Assembly: GCA_000182565.2 (NCBI GenBank)
Contig: KQ257455.1
Strand: one strand, 5' to 3'
DNA: 64,000 nt
Source: Spizellomyces punctatus DAOM BR117
Taxonomy: Eukaryota
Part shown: positions 27,089-39,207 of the stretch, piece by piece
Numbering within the stretch: the stretch's first letter is position 1
How the letters are laid out: each line of letters starts with the position of its first letter
Position numbers and translations under genes: made by a program
The notes under the pieces: generated by a model
What the model was told of the DNA's origin: nothing
The model's input: the letters and a program-made list of their open reading frames with translations, nothing else
Databases searched by the model: none

Positions 27089-29649
27089 ATGCCACCTTTG
27101 GGACGTCGTTCTTTTCGATGTAGGCAGCGGAACATCTTGCATTTCCTCCGCAGTCGGGAGCTGCACTCTTCACCCTCTGGTCGCTACAAGCAAACATATT
27201 CTTATATATACCCAAATGAAACTGTGTACAATGTGCCAGTTTTCGACTTTACAGTAAAGAAATTTACGCCGGATGGCAAGGTATTTATCTGGATTGAATA
27301 ATATAACAGAAAGCGCAGGACAGTGTCATGGAACACATTCTGTTGGGGGTGGGAATTTGCCAGGATAGAGTACATATTTGTCCGCATTTCTCTTACAATA
27401 TTGGCCTCTTGTAGTACTTGGTCTGCTTCGCAAAGAATATGCATGCAGTCCAGGTTTATAATTACAAAGGCCAGCTTCCAAGAAAAGGTGTTGGCGCAAC
27501 CTTGGGTTTCAATGATGTGTTTGACCTGCGTTACGAGACTGTTCTTACGGGCGGACACGAACTGCTCTGCAAAGACTTCCTTCTCTTTACGGCTGATCAC
27601 CGCTATGTACGTCGTTCTGATCTGTTGTCGTAGGCAGCCAAAGTGCTGCGGTGCCCTTACAAGGTCTTCTGTAGATGATTGTTGTATCTGCCGTCCCATC
27701 AGGATTTCCGAGACCCCTACATAATCCTGCGTCGCTTAAGAATATATTCTTATTGGATGACATAACGTTTTGGGTTCTAGACATTGAAAGAGGACAGGTG
27801 GCTCATGAAAAAATGGGATCTTGTTCGCCCCATTTCCCTAACGGCGGCACTAATAGGTTACGGACAAGCGCGTGTTCATGCATGACTACATATTTTTGAG
27901 CAATCATGCAGGAGTACACTTGTATGATAACATGTTGGGTATTGCATCGGTTCAAAATCAGTCTATATATATCTTGCACATCAAGGTTCGGCTGGTCCTC
28001 TAAAAAACGCATTTTCTGATATTCTGAAACTTTGTCATGCAGGACTCTGGTATTCTTCTGGACGTTCGAACTATCGGCTATCTAAATAACGAGGACGATG
28101 AATTGGTATTGGCCCGGTACCGATTAGCGGAGCAAATGTACAGTAACAAAAAGGTGACAGGGGGACCAGAATTTATTTGGGATTATATGGATAATACTGG
28201 AGAAGAGGACGAGGACAGTGACTGGGACCGGGAGAGCGCTTGGGAAGGGTGGGAAGGCTCTTCACTAGGGTCGCCGTCATCGGACTCCACACCTCCGCCA
28301 CTGCCCGTTCGCCGGTCGGAACCGCCAGATTCCACAAATGCCATGGTGCCAGACGGTCCCGTTGATCGTTCTCGTAATGGACGAGCAACATCATTACGTT
28401 CTTTTGCTGCCCCGTCGAGTACTGCTATTCCTTACGTTAGTGAACAGCCCGATGCTTCCAAGTCAACTTTTTGATTTACATCCAATGAATGCTAGGAATG
28501 TACCCCCTTGAGCGGCGTGAAGCAACGATTAATGGCCTACTTGTTTCGAAAAGCATATTCGTCTGATAGGACCAGGTGAGATTAACATTTCCACGCAATT
28601 CTCTCTCACCTTTGATCAACTAACTTATCACACGCATCAGTCATCTTAGTCACTTCTACCAAACTTTTGCGCATTTTGCCTCGTTGGCGTTATGGCGCAT
28701 GCATTTTTTGGACAACTTACATATTGTGATAAAGTTTGGCTTGGCAGACGCCATTGTAGGAAAGGTACGCGATCGCATACCCGTAGGTTGCAAGGTGATC
28801 ACTACTAGACACGGCCTTTGTAGAACATTGACTCAGCAACATCTAGCCAAACGTCATTCTTTGTTATTTATTCCCTTGCGACTACGAAAGTGTTAGGTGT
28901 TTATGAAAACACGTCGGAGGAACTGCTAAAGTTGTACGAGGATTGGCAAGTCTGCTCCGGCACACCGTACAACCAGTCAGGCCTTTCGATCAGCAACCCA
29001 AGCAATAGTCTATTTGCACGAGAGGAGCATAGCCGCCGAATCAGGGCCGTGCAAAAGGCTAGAAACGGCGGGTAATTGACTTTGTCCCCTCAACCAGCAA
29101 GACTTCATGCCAATCATGCTTTTTATCCAATTCAGACCAGTGCAAGCAGTGAAGCGCGTCCTTTCCGGCCTTCCCTTCAATGATCAGCAGTTTGTTGACT
29201 CCCCCTATCTCGATCACGAGCTCTTCAGTTACGATGATAAGGCTATCAACAATGTGGACAGGTATGATCTTCGCCCTATTCACCGCATACTCTGGCTATG
29301 AACCCAGTTCTGAAGGGTTGGCATCCCTGTAGAGCACGACCGTCCGGCGAGCATCCCATTAAGTTCTTTGACCGGCAAACAGGACAGTTCAAGTTTGCTA
29401 TTGACCCGAATCTACCTTTGAACTCCCGCCAGGTGTATGCACAAGTCCGCGGTGTGAAGTACGTATCTTGAAACATTCTTCGCTCTCTTCCAGTTCTGAC
29501 CCAGCCAACACGTCCTGCAAAGGCGCTATGTAACCTGCATCTTCCATCCTGTGGATCCTTTCATTCTCTCAATACAACAGGTCAACTCATCAATGACTGT
29601 TGTGAATCTCCACATTCGAAGAGAACAACAGCTTGAACCCGATCGGTAA
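27089..29649 (+). CDS. DET1: De-etiolated 1 homolog (DDB1-CUL4 / COP1-associated)
   Basis: NILHFLRSRE, IYPNETVYNV...KKFTPDGK, LCKDFLLFTADHRY, FLSNHAGVHLYDNMLGIASVQNQSIYIL, LWRMHFLDNLHIVIKFG, SPYLDHELFSYDDK, FHPVDPFILSIQ...VVNLHIR. An upstream in-frame ATG at 26978 is an alternative start. Confidence 0.88.
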
Positions 29650-29934
29650 TCGATACTGCTCGAAAATGTAGCTTGCCAATTTCTCACATCACCATTGGGA
29701 GAGTATACACAAACCGCTCATTGATTCTCTTTGGAGAGTCGTCATACACCTGTTGAAGATACTGTATGTCAAATCTCTTGTGCGGCTCCTATTCGTGATA
29801 GCATAGTCATCGTGTATCTCTGCCCGCGCAACGGCATGGTCGGCCTTAGGATGTAGCCTTAGTTCTCTATCAAGTGGACAGCAGTGACAACGAACAGCGC
29901 CAAAAGATCTGTAGAAGCACTAATATATTTCAGC

Positions 29935-31152
29935 CTAATCTGCCTTCTCCACAATACGAGTCAAGTGTTCATCAATTTCATTTTCTGAGAGAGTCCGGAA
30001 TTGGGGAGTCTTTTCGCTCACTATTCCGATCTCAATATCTGCAGACTTCAGATCTTGAGATAGGATTGTTGATAGAGTGGTGATCGCGAGCTGGAGAAAA
30101 GAGAGTATGCAATGAGAAACGGCCCAACTTTCGTGTTAGCAAATAGTCCCTACTTCAACTGTGTCTTCAACATTCAGCTGAGGGTTCTTCTTCAACTTCT
30201 TCTCCAGATGGTTGAGAGCCTCTTGATGCTTTGCTCCCGCAGATGTGGCTTGATAACCGACAAAGTATCTGCGCGAGATAAAATACGGATTAGGCTTGCC
30301 GCATTGTTAAGAATAAAACCAATATATTTACCCTGCTGGATCACATTTGAACACTTGAGGACCTCTTTCTTCGTCATAACCAATTAGGATCATCGCTGAT
30401 AACAGTATTTTAGAGTGATTGAGTACGTCAAGCAGTATGGCAAGTTTTCAAATCCGTGTATAATACTCACAAACGCCCAACGGTCTCATCGCCGCATGTT
30501 GCGTGTACACTTGATTGATGTTTGCTACACGTTTGGCAAGCATATCCGCCGGAATTTCATAACCAAACTTATACCGCCACTCTGCTGCTTCCATACGCGC
30601 GCGACTCACTTGATTGCGGGCGTCGGCTGAAAACAAGATAATCGCTTAATGGTCTATGATCCGGTCTTTAAGGGATGTCATCTCACCTATCAATCCGGTC
30701 ATTACACATCCAATTCTCGGGGTCAACTGGAAAACATGGGTTACGGTAGAAGGGTCGAGAAGCTTGTCCTGAAAGTTCACGATGTTTCAGCGTCAGGACG
30801 CGCGAGCGCATAACGGAGTTCACAGCAGTACGTACTGGAACTTTCTTCTGGGTCACAACCACAGCGCAATCCTTCCCCCTTACGCCAACAGATGTGATTC
30901 CGGCATTGGATATGGCCTTGAACGCATATTCTGACAAAGAATGAAGAATTCGTATCAAGGTCGTTTTCGTGTCGGTCCAACCATGTAGTAAGACTTCAAA
31001 ACCTACCAACTTGATAAAGACGGCCCTCTGGAGAGAAAACGGTGATATGCCGGTCGTATGCAGCTAATTGAACGGACACAGACTCTCAGCTGAGCACATC
31101 AAAACAGCGACAAACGGAATGAGCTGAACATACAGTTTGTGCCGCGACTCAT
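29935..31152 (-). CDS. SCL1: 20S proteasome subunit alpha-1 (PSMA6)
   Basis: [80 protein letters not shown]. Ends [14 protein letters not shown]. Confidence 0.96.
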
Positions 31153-31682
31153 CGTTTAGCCTTTTGTACGCGAGTCACGAATGAAATTCTCTACTATAAG
31201 CAGTGCACCACACGCTACGAGTGTTAGTGCATTGCCTGCAGGGTTGTCTAGTATAATACAAGTGTTTTCCATACCTATTTTCTCGCCTGTATATGAGCAG
31301 ATCCTTTTGCCAATCACGCCGAGTAGACACGACAGCAATCCATTCGTGACGTGTCTTCAAATTGTCCAACTTCTTGGTCACGTGAACGAAGCTTCGTAAG
31401 GGCGGGTTTGAGATTCTGGACACTTTTTTCCACCAACAAGCAATCTTTAATCAAATCCCGTACGTGCGGCAACTGTTTTTTCTTCCTTGGCACGCTTGCC
31501 AGTCGGACACTTCGTAGTGGAGAGAAGATCCATATCAAGTCAGTTTATATCCAGCTATCAGAATTGGGAAGAGGTTGGTTGAGAGAAGCTGAGTTCTGAT
31601 GTCCGCATCCATACACTTTTCTTATTGTTAGACTAGTTTGGTTACTTTGTAGTTTATTGACAAGGTCAACGGGGGATTGAAT

Positions 31683-32978
31683 ATGGTAAGTCCTGACGTT
31701 GGTTCAGCAGGCTCTCGGTCGTCGCAGTTTCCGCGTGACATGGTGTTCCCTCCTGAGCAGCACTAAAGCTCTAAAGCATTTTCTGATTTCTGCAAACTGG
31801 TCTCTCATTTTAATGGAACGAGGAGATCTACTATAGTATCAGATTTACTGATCTAGCCTACGCAGAGCCGGTTTTTTGACGATAGGAATCGTCGGGGGTC
31901 AATGTTTGGAGACCCGTACGGTCGCCCATACCCTAACGTTCCAACATCGTTCGATGAACGTGATTACCGGCCTACGGCGGGATGGGGTGGTCCTCCTGTG
32001 CCTATGGGACCGCCGCAATTAGGTCCGCCTCAGATGCCGTTCTACGGTACAGGAGGGCAGACCTTCTTTGCCTCCGGCTATCCAGGAATGAGCATGGGCT
32101 TTGCCGGTGGACCAGAGCGGTTTGGACATCCGGTATACGAGACCCAACCAACTATGGCACCCTACAGCGGGTCCCGTCCCTCCATGCGCAGCGGTTATGG
32201 CCCAAGGTACGAACTGGAGGTTGGCCGGGACCAGCTTTGGGAGAGAGAGCGGGAGCGAGATAGGGGACGACCAAGCAACTATAACGCGCCACTCCTGGAT
32301 TTCCCTCCGGATCCTGATGTGCGGGGATTTGAGGAGTATAAGCTTCGATGGGACCAAACTACACCCAAGCCTCGAGAGACGTCGGTGAGTGAGCATTGTC
32401 TGATCCACAGAACCCTGTATCCCGGAATTACGCTGACACAACAATTTAGGTGCAAGGTTGGGGCCCTCCACCACAAATCAAGTACGATCCTCTCCTGATG
32501 TGGTCAAGAGAAGTGGAACCATCACGTACCTCCTCCACCACGACACCTTCACCTGCTCGTGATACCCAGATTAAAATCGAACAGAGCGGTGACCAATTTC
32601 GAAGACTCTATGATTATCCTGAATATGTGCAAGAGAGGTACCTGGGACTTGTTGACAGTATACGTCCACGCGCAAACCGTCTTAAGCACTTTACAGACGC
32701 CACAGGTTCGAAGTTGCGGATGCTCATGTCCCCCCTGCATATCATGTTTCGGAGACTGACATACCTCCAAACGTTGGGCCTATTGGGACGCACGGTCGTG
32801 CAAATGCCGATCGCGATCGTAGTCTTAGCCCAGTCCAAACCTACGCTTCGCTCAAAGATGAATATTCAGCAATGCGGTATAAACGAGAGAATCGGTAAGC
32901 GCTCCAAATGCTTCTTTTGGCTTAAAAAGCGGGGACATGTAACCTTTTTTATATTGATATACAAGGTTTGACTATTGA
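31683..32978 (+). CDS. Hypothetical Pro/Gly/Tyr-rich low-complexity protein
   Basis: ATG|GTAAGT at 31683-31686 with acceptor at 31865. An open spliced frame MSRFFDDRNRRGSMFGDPYGRPY... runs through canonical introns to ...MRYKRENR|FDY*. No family recognised. Confidence 0.55.
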
Positions 32979-33343
32979 GTAAGAGTATATTCACATGGAC
33001 CTATGTGAGGGGTAATCAGCCTTTTCGCCGAATTTGACAGATTTTCTCGTGTTGCAGGGACCTTTTCTTGCGTGTTTAGAAGTGGTCTAATTGCTGAACT
33101 GTCACTATGCTGTGGAACGGAAGGTTGCCAGTCATATCGTTTTTATTTTGCATTGTAAGCATAGTGTGAAAGCCTTCTTTGAAAGAGTGGAGTTGGGCAA
33201 TCATAGATATATCCGTCAACTGTCATTTCTTTCTTATGCGTTTCGGTGTTCATGTGGCCTAAACTAATTATCACTTGTGGGCATGTTCAAAACTTTTTTC
33301 TCTGTCGACTATTATACTTTTTCTCCTGACTTTTTCAGCTTTT

Positions 33344-34176
33344 TTAAATTGCATCCATCCAAATACCAGTGTGGATCTTGGTTCTGCCGCCTACCCGACA
33401 ATGCCTACCAAAACATGATAGATGGGATCAATGAAAGACGCTAAGCAAGCCTACCTTTGAGATATCCGCGTTATACCCTTGCCAACCTACCTAGTAATCC
33501 ACTCCTTTTCCTCCTCGTCTGCGACGCGGAGCGGCACTCCCTCGTAATCATAAATGACACCATCCTTTGGATCAAAATAGCCTTCTCCAACGTCAAAGGT
33601 ATTCAGCGGGATGGAATGCGGGCCTGATGGGTCATTTGTGAGCTGCGGGGTGCCAGGTCGGAATCCGTTGATGCGCTCCGAATAAAAGCGGCGATCGGCT
33701 TCAGTACAGTAAGACCAATCTTCTGGAGCGTATTCTAGTCCGTCCTTAAAGGTATAGGTCCCCTAATGTTCGATAAAAGTTAGATGAAGGTGACGAAAGA
33801 TAGTGGGAATAACAAAAAGAATCGTTGTATTTACGCTCAATGCCACACCGTTCTTCCATTGAGCTTCGTATTTCCCGCCATCTTTGAAATGAACTGTGCC
33901 TGACCCGTGAAACCTATTGCAGTGAACATGGGAAGTGGTTGAGTCAAGGTTAGAGATGATTCTCTGTTGACATGTATGTGATAGATACGTACTGACCATC
34001 CTTGAAATCTCCTACATAGATATTCCCATCTGGGAAAATGTATCTGCCCTTTCCTTCGATTCTGGGGGAGCACATAGGCGTAAAGCTTTCGTGACAACTG
34101 GCACGAACATGGAAAAGACATCATATTACCGATCATTAACGATTTCAGCTTCAAACGGTGACCCTGCAAATGCCAT
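33344..34176 (-). CDS. MORN5: MORN repeat-containing protein 5 (cilium-associated)
   Basis: MAFAGSPFEAEIVNDR|IEGKGRYIFPDGNIYVGDFKDG|FHGSGTVHFKDGGKYEAQWKNG|GTYTFKDGLEY..WSYCTEADRRFYSE...FDVGEGYFDP...ADEEEKEWIT|RHCRVG. This matches the MORN5 layout. Confidence 0.88.
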
Positions 34177-34333
34177 GGCAGAAGCCAGAGATCAAAGTGC
34201 ATATGAGCAATCGTTTCGATTGCAAGTGCTGGCTTCTGGCCTTACGTAATGTGGCTTTGCCCCTCCGCTCGCTAGATGAAAGACAACAGTTCATCATGCT
34301 CGACTCTAAAACCCACCACCGCCTGCTTTGACA

Positions 34334-35707
34334 ATGGAGCCATCATCCGACCCATACCATGATCTCATCGGCCTTCCGCCTCCGATTACTTATGCTCAAG
34401 AGACACACCAAGTTATTGCTTCCCCATCGGCAGCGTACGTTAAGTGGCCCGGTGTACTCTGTCGTGAACTGTCCTTGATACCGATACTATCTGCAATCTA
34501 GAACCGAAGCACAAACAATTGCAGCAAATGTAATACAACGTGCCTGGAAAAGATTTCATATGAAGGCTACGTTCCGATGGTTAAAGGAAAACCTGATAAG
34601 AGCGGTGGGCTATGACCTGGACGATGCGACAGCATATATCACGCGCTTATCCAGAGGCTCACCCTACTAATAGGAACGGTCCATGACAATGGAAATATTA
34701 CGAAGATTATCCCCGAGAGAAGCAGAGTTGATCAAAGATCCGGTTGTACAGGGAAAAGTTCGATTCAGGTACGCACTTTTGCACCCAAGTGTTTTTAAAA
34801 GATGTGAAAATTGATACGTGGCTGTTTTGCCCTTCGCTGATAGATTTGGAGGTTCTTCGTTCCCACCGACCATCATGTATAAAATATACACGAAAAGCAA
34901 TAGTGTACATTACTACAGTGGACATCGTCTGATTCAGGCCGACACGCAGGTAAACCTAAAAAGCTAGAAAGCCAAATGAACGCAGATTTCACAGCACAAT
35001 CTTGTAGGCAGCAGTCGATTCATGCGCAATTATGGGCGTCCGACTCTATTCGGAAAATATGATACGGAACGAGTACCAGAACCGCGCGTTAAAGATTTCG
35101 CATTCGGATGAGGTGACGAACCGACTGGAATTTGTGCAGGTGTGTGATGATCCTGTAAACTACTGCTGCCCGAAACGCACTATCGACGACTTATATTTCT
35201 GCTAGTATTTAAGCTCGTTAGATTGTAAACCGGCGTACCTTGGCGGAAGAAATAACGGATGGAGAGAACTTAACATCACACGTAGGTGGAATGAGGACAA
35301 CTCGAGTGTAACAGAGAAAAACAGCTAAACAACTACCATGCTCAATGACGATATGCCAGCGTTCACGGCTACTCAAAATCTAATATACGATGCAAGGAGC
35401 AGCCGCCGGTCCACTCGATTTTCGTCCCGAAACGGAACATCAGGGATTGCTAAAGGGTATCATCCATTTTGTCGGATGTTGCGTAGCATCTGTCACTCAT
35501 AGGAATGCTTTCAGAATCAGTAATTCATCAAGACCTTCCGTTGGTAGAGTACGCAAACAAAATCCAAAATCTCAGAATCGAACACGCCAGCTCCACCGTG
35601 AATTAGAGCCCGAACTTGATGACGATTTTGATCCGCTATTTGAGTGGGCTAACGATCTGTCGCTCGACTCCTTGGCAGATTATGTAGTTGGAGAAGTTAT
35701 GGTCTAA
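34334..35707 (+). CDS. IQ-motif protein of the CXorf58/C11orf65(MFI) family
   Basis: AANVIQRAWKRF, ILRRLSPREAELIKDP...VRF|RFGGSSFPPTIMYKIY, PAYLGGRNNGWREL. Confidence 0.8.
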
Positions 35708-35822
35708 ACGATTGTTACGTATAGAGAGAAATCTACAATTGAGAATATGTCTCTAGAAGCCTATTATGGTGCCTGTACATTGTACAATAATTCCTAGTAA
35801 TGAATGCCCGCAAACTCTCAAG

Positions 35823-37156
35823 TCATTCATCCTCCATTGTCTTCGTATCTGTGATGGTCCACATATAGTAGCTGCCTATTGTGCGATATGGCTCCCAAAT
35901 CTTCGCAGCCTCCCTCATTTCATCCGGCTAAATCAACCACATCGTCAGCTTTAAAAGGAGGAAGAGTAACTCTGAATCCAAAAGGTGATACTGACCGTCG
36001 GGAGATAGATGCCGCCACCTGCCTTTTGTTTCGAGCCCTTCTTACCATTACTTCCTTTCATTCCAAAGTGTTTGCTCATGCCTTTACGTATGCCAAGATC
36101 CCCAACAGGTAGTATATTGGGTCGTTTGAGGTCAAACATAAGGAACATGTCAACTGATAATAAAAAAAGTTCGTATTAATCAGTAGTATAGCACGTTTCG
36201 CCATGCCTTTCCTACCTGTCCACTATTTCATCAGCCGCATTGCCAAGAGTAATGTTCAATTAAACCAAATAGGCGACAAGCCATAATCAGACCATATCAT
36301 ACCGGTCCAATTCCCTTCACGCTACAAAGCAATTCGGCAATAGCGTCGTCCTCCATCCGCAACAAGGCCTCAGTTGATATCGATCCATCCAAGAACCGAT
36401 CCGCTAACGCATGGACATACTCGGCTTTACGCTGAGAGAGCCCTGCTGAAGTCAATTCCTGCCGCTCCTTATCTCGGACCGCCCGCGGCGTCGGAAACCA
36501 TTTAGGATGTCGCTCCGCGGCAGCAGGGTCCAGTTTTTCGTCGAAGAGGGTCAGGAATCTGCGCAAAATGGTAGATGCAGCCTTTCCACTCAGTTGCTAT
36601 CCAGTAAATCACATTAGTATATCTAAGAGAACCTTATGACACAAGACTAGAAATACTGACTTGGTAGATAATTGCCGTCGCAAGCGCCTTGAAAGCATCT
36701 AAACCTTGCTCCGCCGAATCTTCGCTCTCGAAAATCTTACAAGGCTTTCCAGCTCGCTTCACCACTTGCTCTAATCTCGGATCTTGCCCACAAATGTAAG
36801 ATAACGCCGTCGAATAGTCGAACGGTGCGTCTGACGGAGGCAAGGCAGCAGACGGAGCGGCTACCGCGGATGCGGCGGTTTCTATTTCCGATGCCTCAGC
36901 GACAAGGTCCGGTGCATCTGGCGGAATGGACGGCAAGCTTTTCGGTGCTCTAGCAACTTTTACGGGCTTCTTCTTCAACGTCTCATCTATTCTCTCTGTG
37001 ATCTTTCTCTTGGTGACCCTGCAAAATGAAATTGCGACGAAACAACACCGACTCAGTACTGCACAGTTCACCAGACGAACTAAAACAATACCTAAAGACA
37101 GCAGGGCCATCCTGTAGAGCACCAGCTTGAATCTTCGCCTGTCTTCTTGTAAGCAT
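35823..37156 (-). CDS. MAG1: DNA-3-methyladenine glycosylase (HhH-GPD)
   Basis: [77 protein letters not shown]. Confidence 0.92.
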
Positions 37157-37218
37157 CCTAATGTGAGGTAAAAGGAAATTGAATCTGGAAATCATCGTCC
37201 CTGTTCCACCACCGACGG

Positions 37219-37227
37219 ATGACTCAT
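37219..37227. promoter_or_regulatory. Perfect ATGACTCAT bZIP (AP-1/Gcn4) site
   Basis: About 60 nt upstream of the MAG1 ATG, in the divergent MAG1/rhomboid intergenic region. Confidence 0.45.
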
Positions 37228-37624
37228 CCGTTGGTAATTGCTTACTAAGGTGATCAGAGTGCAATGCGCTGTGGGCATCTCCTACGCATCGGGTGCAGGC
37301 ACGCAACAGATTTCGCTAGTATTCAAGGAATTGGTGGCCTCGTGAACCGTGGTAAAATACACTTTTGAAATAGAGCTGTGGGTCTGGAGTGTTCATCAAA
37401 GGAAAGATTTTCAATGTTTCCTTCAAATCAACATTGCCGTGCCAAGTAACCTTAATTCCAACCAAGCCCAATATCTCCCATTTCACGACCATCCCTCTTC
37501 CGTCCGAGACTGGCAACGTATTGCATGTCTACCTTTATCTTGACTACAGGCTGATCCGTCCTGTTTGTGGCGACCCTGGTCAAAAACCGGACGCGTTCGG
37601 CAAACCTAGTCCGCGTGTGGCGAC

Positions 37625-38846
37625 ATGGGGCATCGTTGGATTATCTTCATCTTTGTCCTGCTACTCCTGGCTCATACTACACGCCCCGACGAAGAGGACT
37701 TTAAGCGAAATGTCCGAGAATATGCAGCCGAACAGAGTATCTGGCATTTGTTGGCGTCAACGGCGGTGCTTGGTGTGACAGATGCATTTCACATATTGCG
37801 ACTGGACGACTATGGCCTGTTCACAGTCATTTCCGTTCCCAACTTCTTGGGAAAGGCTCCCCTAAAGTTTGTGGGACTGTTTGGAACTTTTATACCGCTC
37901 TCATGGAAGGTGATACGCAAAGCGTGGCAGGGCTGGGAGCTTGAGGGACCTCATTGCCAGCCATGTCTTAACGGTAATCCTCACAGCTCTTCACAAATAA
38001 TATGACATGCCCTTAATAAAGTATGTCTCGGATATAGGCATCTGTATCGGCAACAACAAGTGTTTCTGTCTGCCGAGCTTTTCCGGTCCAACTTGTGAGC
38101 ACACAATGCCAAAATATGTGACACTTTGGGACTATGTTGGCTATTTCGTTCCGGTAGCCCGACAATACACCGACCATTGTATTTTTGGAATACCGATTCA
38201 CTACCTTCCATCAAGAGTTGTATCAGTTGGAGAAGTGCTTGGTGTCATCGACGTGTCAACGCAGCTTGGACTATTGGATCTGTTAGTGCTTCTTTACCTC
38301 GGTATCTATGTTGCCTGGAAAGTAGCTCCCAGAGACATAATGCAGCGACATTTCGTCGCAAAGTATGCGAATCTAAGGGAGGGAGCAAGACGATACCACG
38401 TCTTGTTGACCAGCGCGTGGAGCCATGATTCCTTCTTGCAGCTCGGGGTGAATCTGTACGGGCTTTACGAATACGGCCCAATGATTTACCAAGTACTGGG
38501 GCCAATCACATTCCTGTATTTCTACTTATTGACCTGCGTCGGGACGGCGAGTCTCAGTCTTTTCTTTGGAATGATCCGCGGTAGGTATGACAAGGAGTAC
38601 CACGGGGCTACAGGCAGCATAATGGCCTTGAGATGCTTTACCGTATGGGGACTGTCCGCTCTCGGCAAGGGAGTGGTGAAATGGCAAGCTGTTAAAGATA
38701 TGGCGCTCTGGCAAGTTGCCGCAGATATTATAGCAAACGGCGGAAACGTAGATGGGTGGGATTATATTGCACCAGCTCTAGTTTCTGGCATCTTCTACTA
38801 TCACTGGTGGCAGGAAGCGAAATATAAACCCATGCGATGGTTTTAA
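37625..38846 (+). CDS. Membrane protein: signal anchor, DUF4359-like segment, EGF-like domain and rhomboid-like domain (probable pseudoprotease)
   Basis: Intron 37974-38037 joins the two ORFs in frame, giving CQPCLN|GICIGNNKCFCLPSFSGPTCE. Rhomboid-like segments RYHVLLTSAWSHDSFLQLGVNLYGL and YHGATGSIMAL follow. Confidence 0.8.
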
Positions 38847-39207
38847 TCTTTGACGGGCCTGAACGAGGTGACCAATTTTGTTGTATGAACTACCACAGCA
38901 CAGCAGGGAAGGCTGTCTGATCCCCCCCTGATGTTCTACGAAACTGGCTGATTACTCCCGCGGTAGCTTGATCTGGAATGATGTGTGCAAGCGATAGAAT
39001 GTTAACGCAAAGTAGAAGCCCTTGGACGTCCGGCGTTGGGGTTATCTGCGACAATAATTTTAAGAATGGCTAACAGCAGCAACGGATCAGGACAAAATCG
39101 CAAATCTCTGTTTGCAAACAATACATATCATCGAAAGTGTATAGTACATGGTGCGCAATCTCAAATCAACAAATGAACAATAATAGCTTGCACGAGCAAG
39201 TCGGTCT

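Noticed and set aside
31300-31440. Rpn4/PACE element upstream of the proteasome gene
   Set aside because: Only mismatched versions (GGTGGAAAA, ATTGGCAAA) are present.
34169-34182. RFX X-box at the MORN5 start
   Set aside because: Only the inner TGCCATGGCA matches. The outer GT/AC bases are missing and the site overlaps the ATG context.
38850-39010. Possible SECIS or C/D snoRNA from ATGA/TGATG/CTGA words
   Set aside because: No in-frame TGA in neighbouring genes, and no convincing stem or box arrangement by eye.
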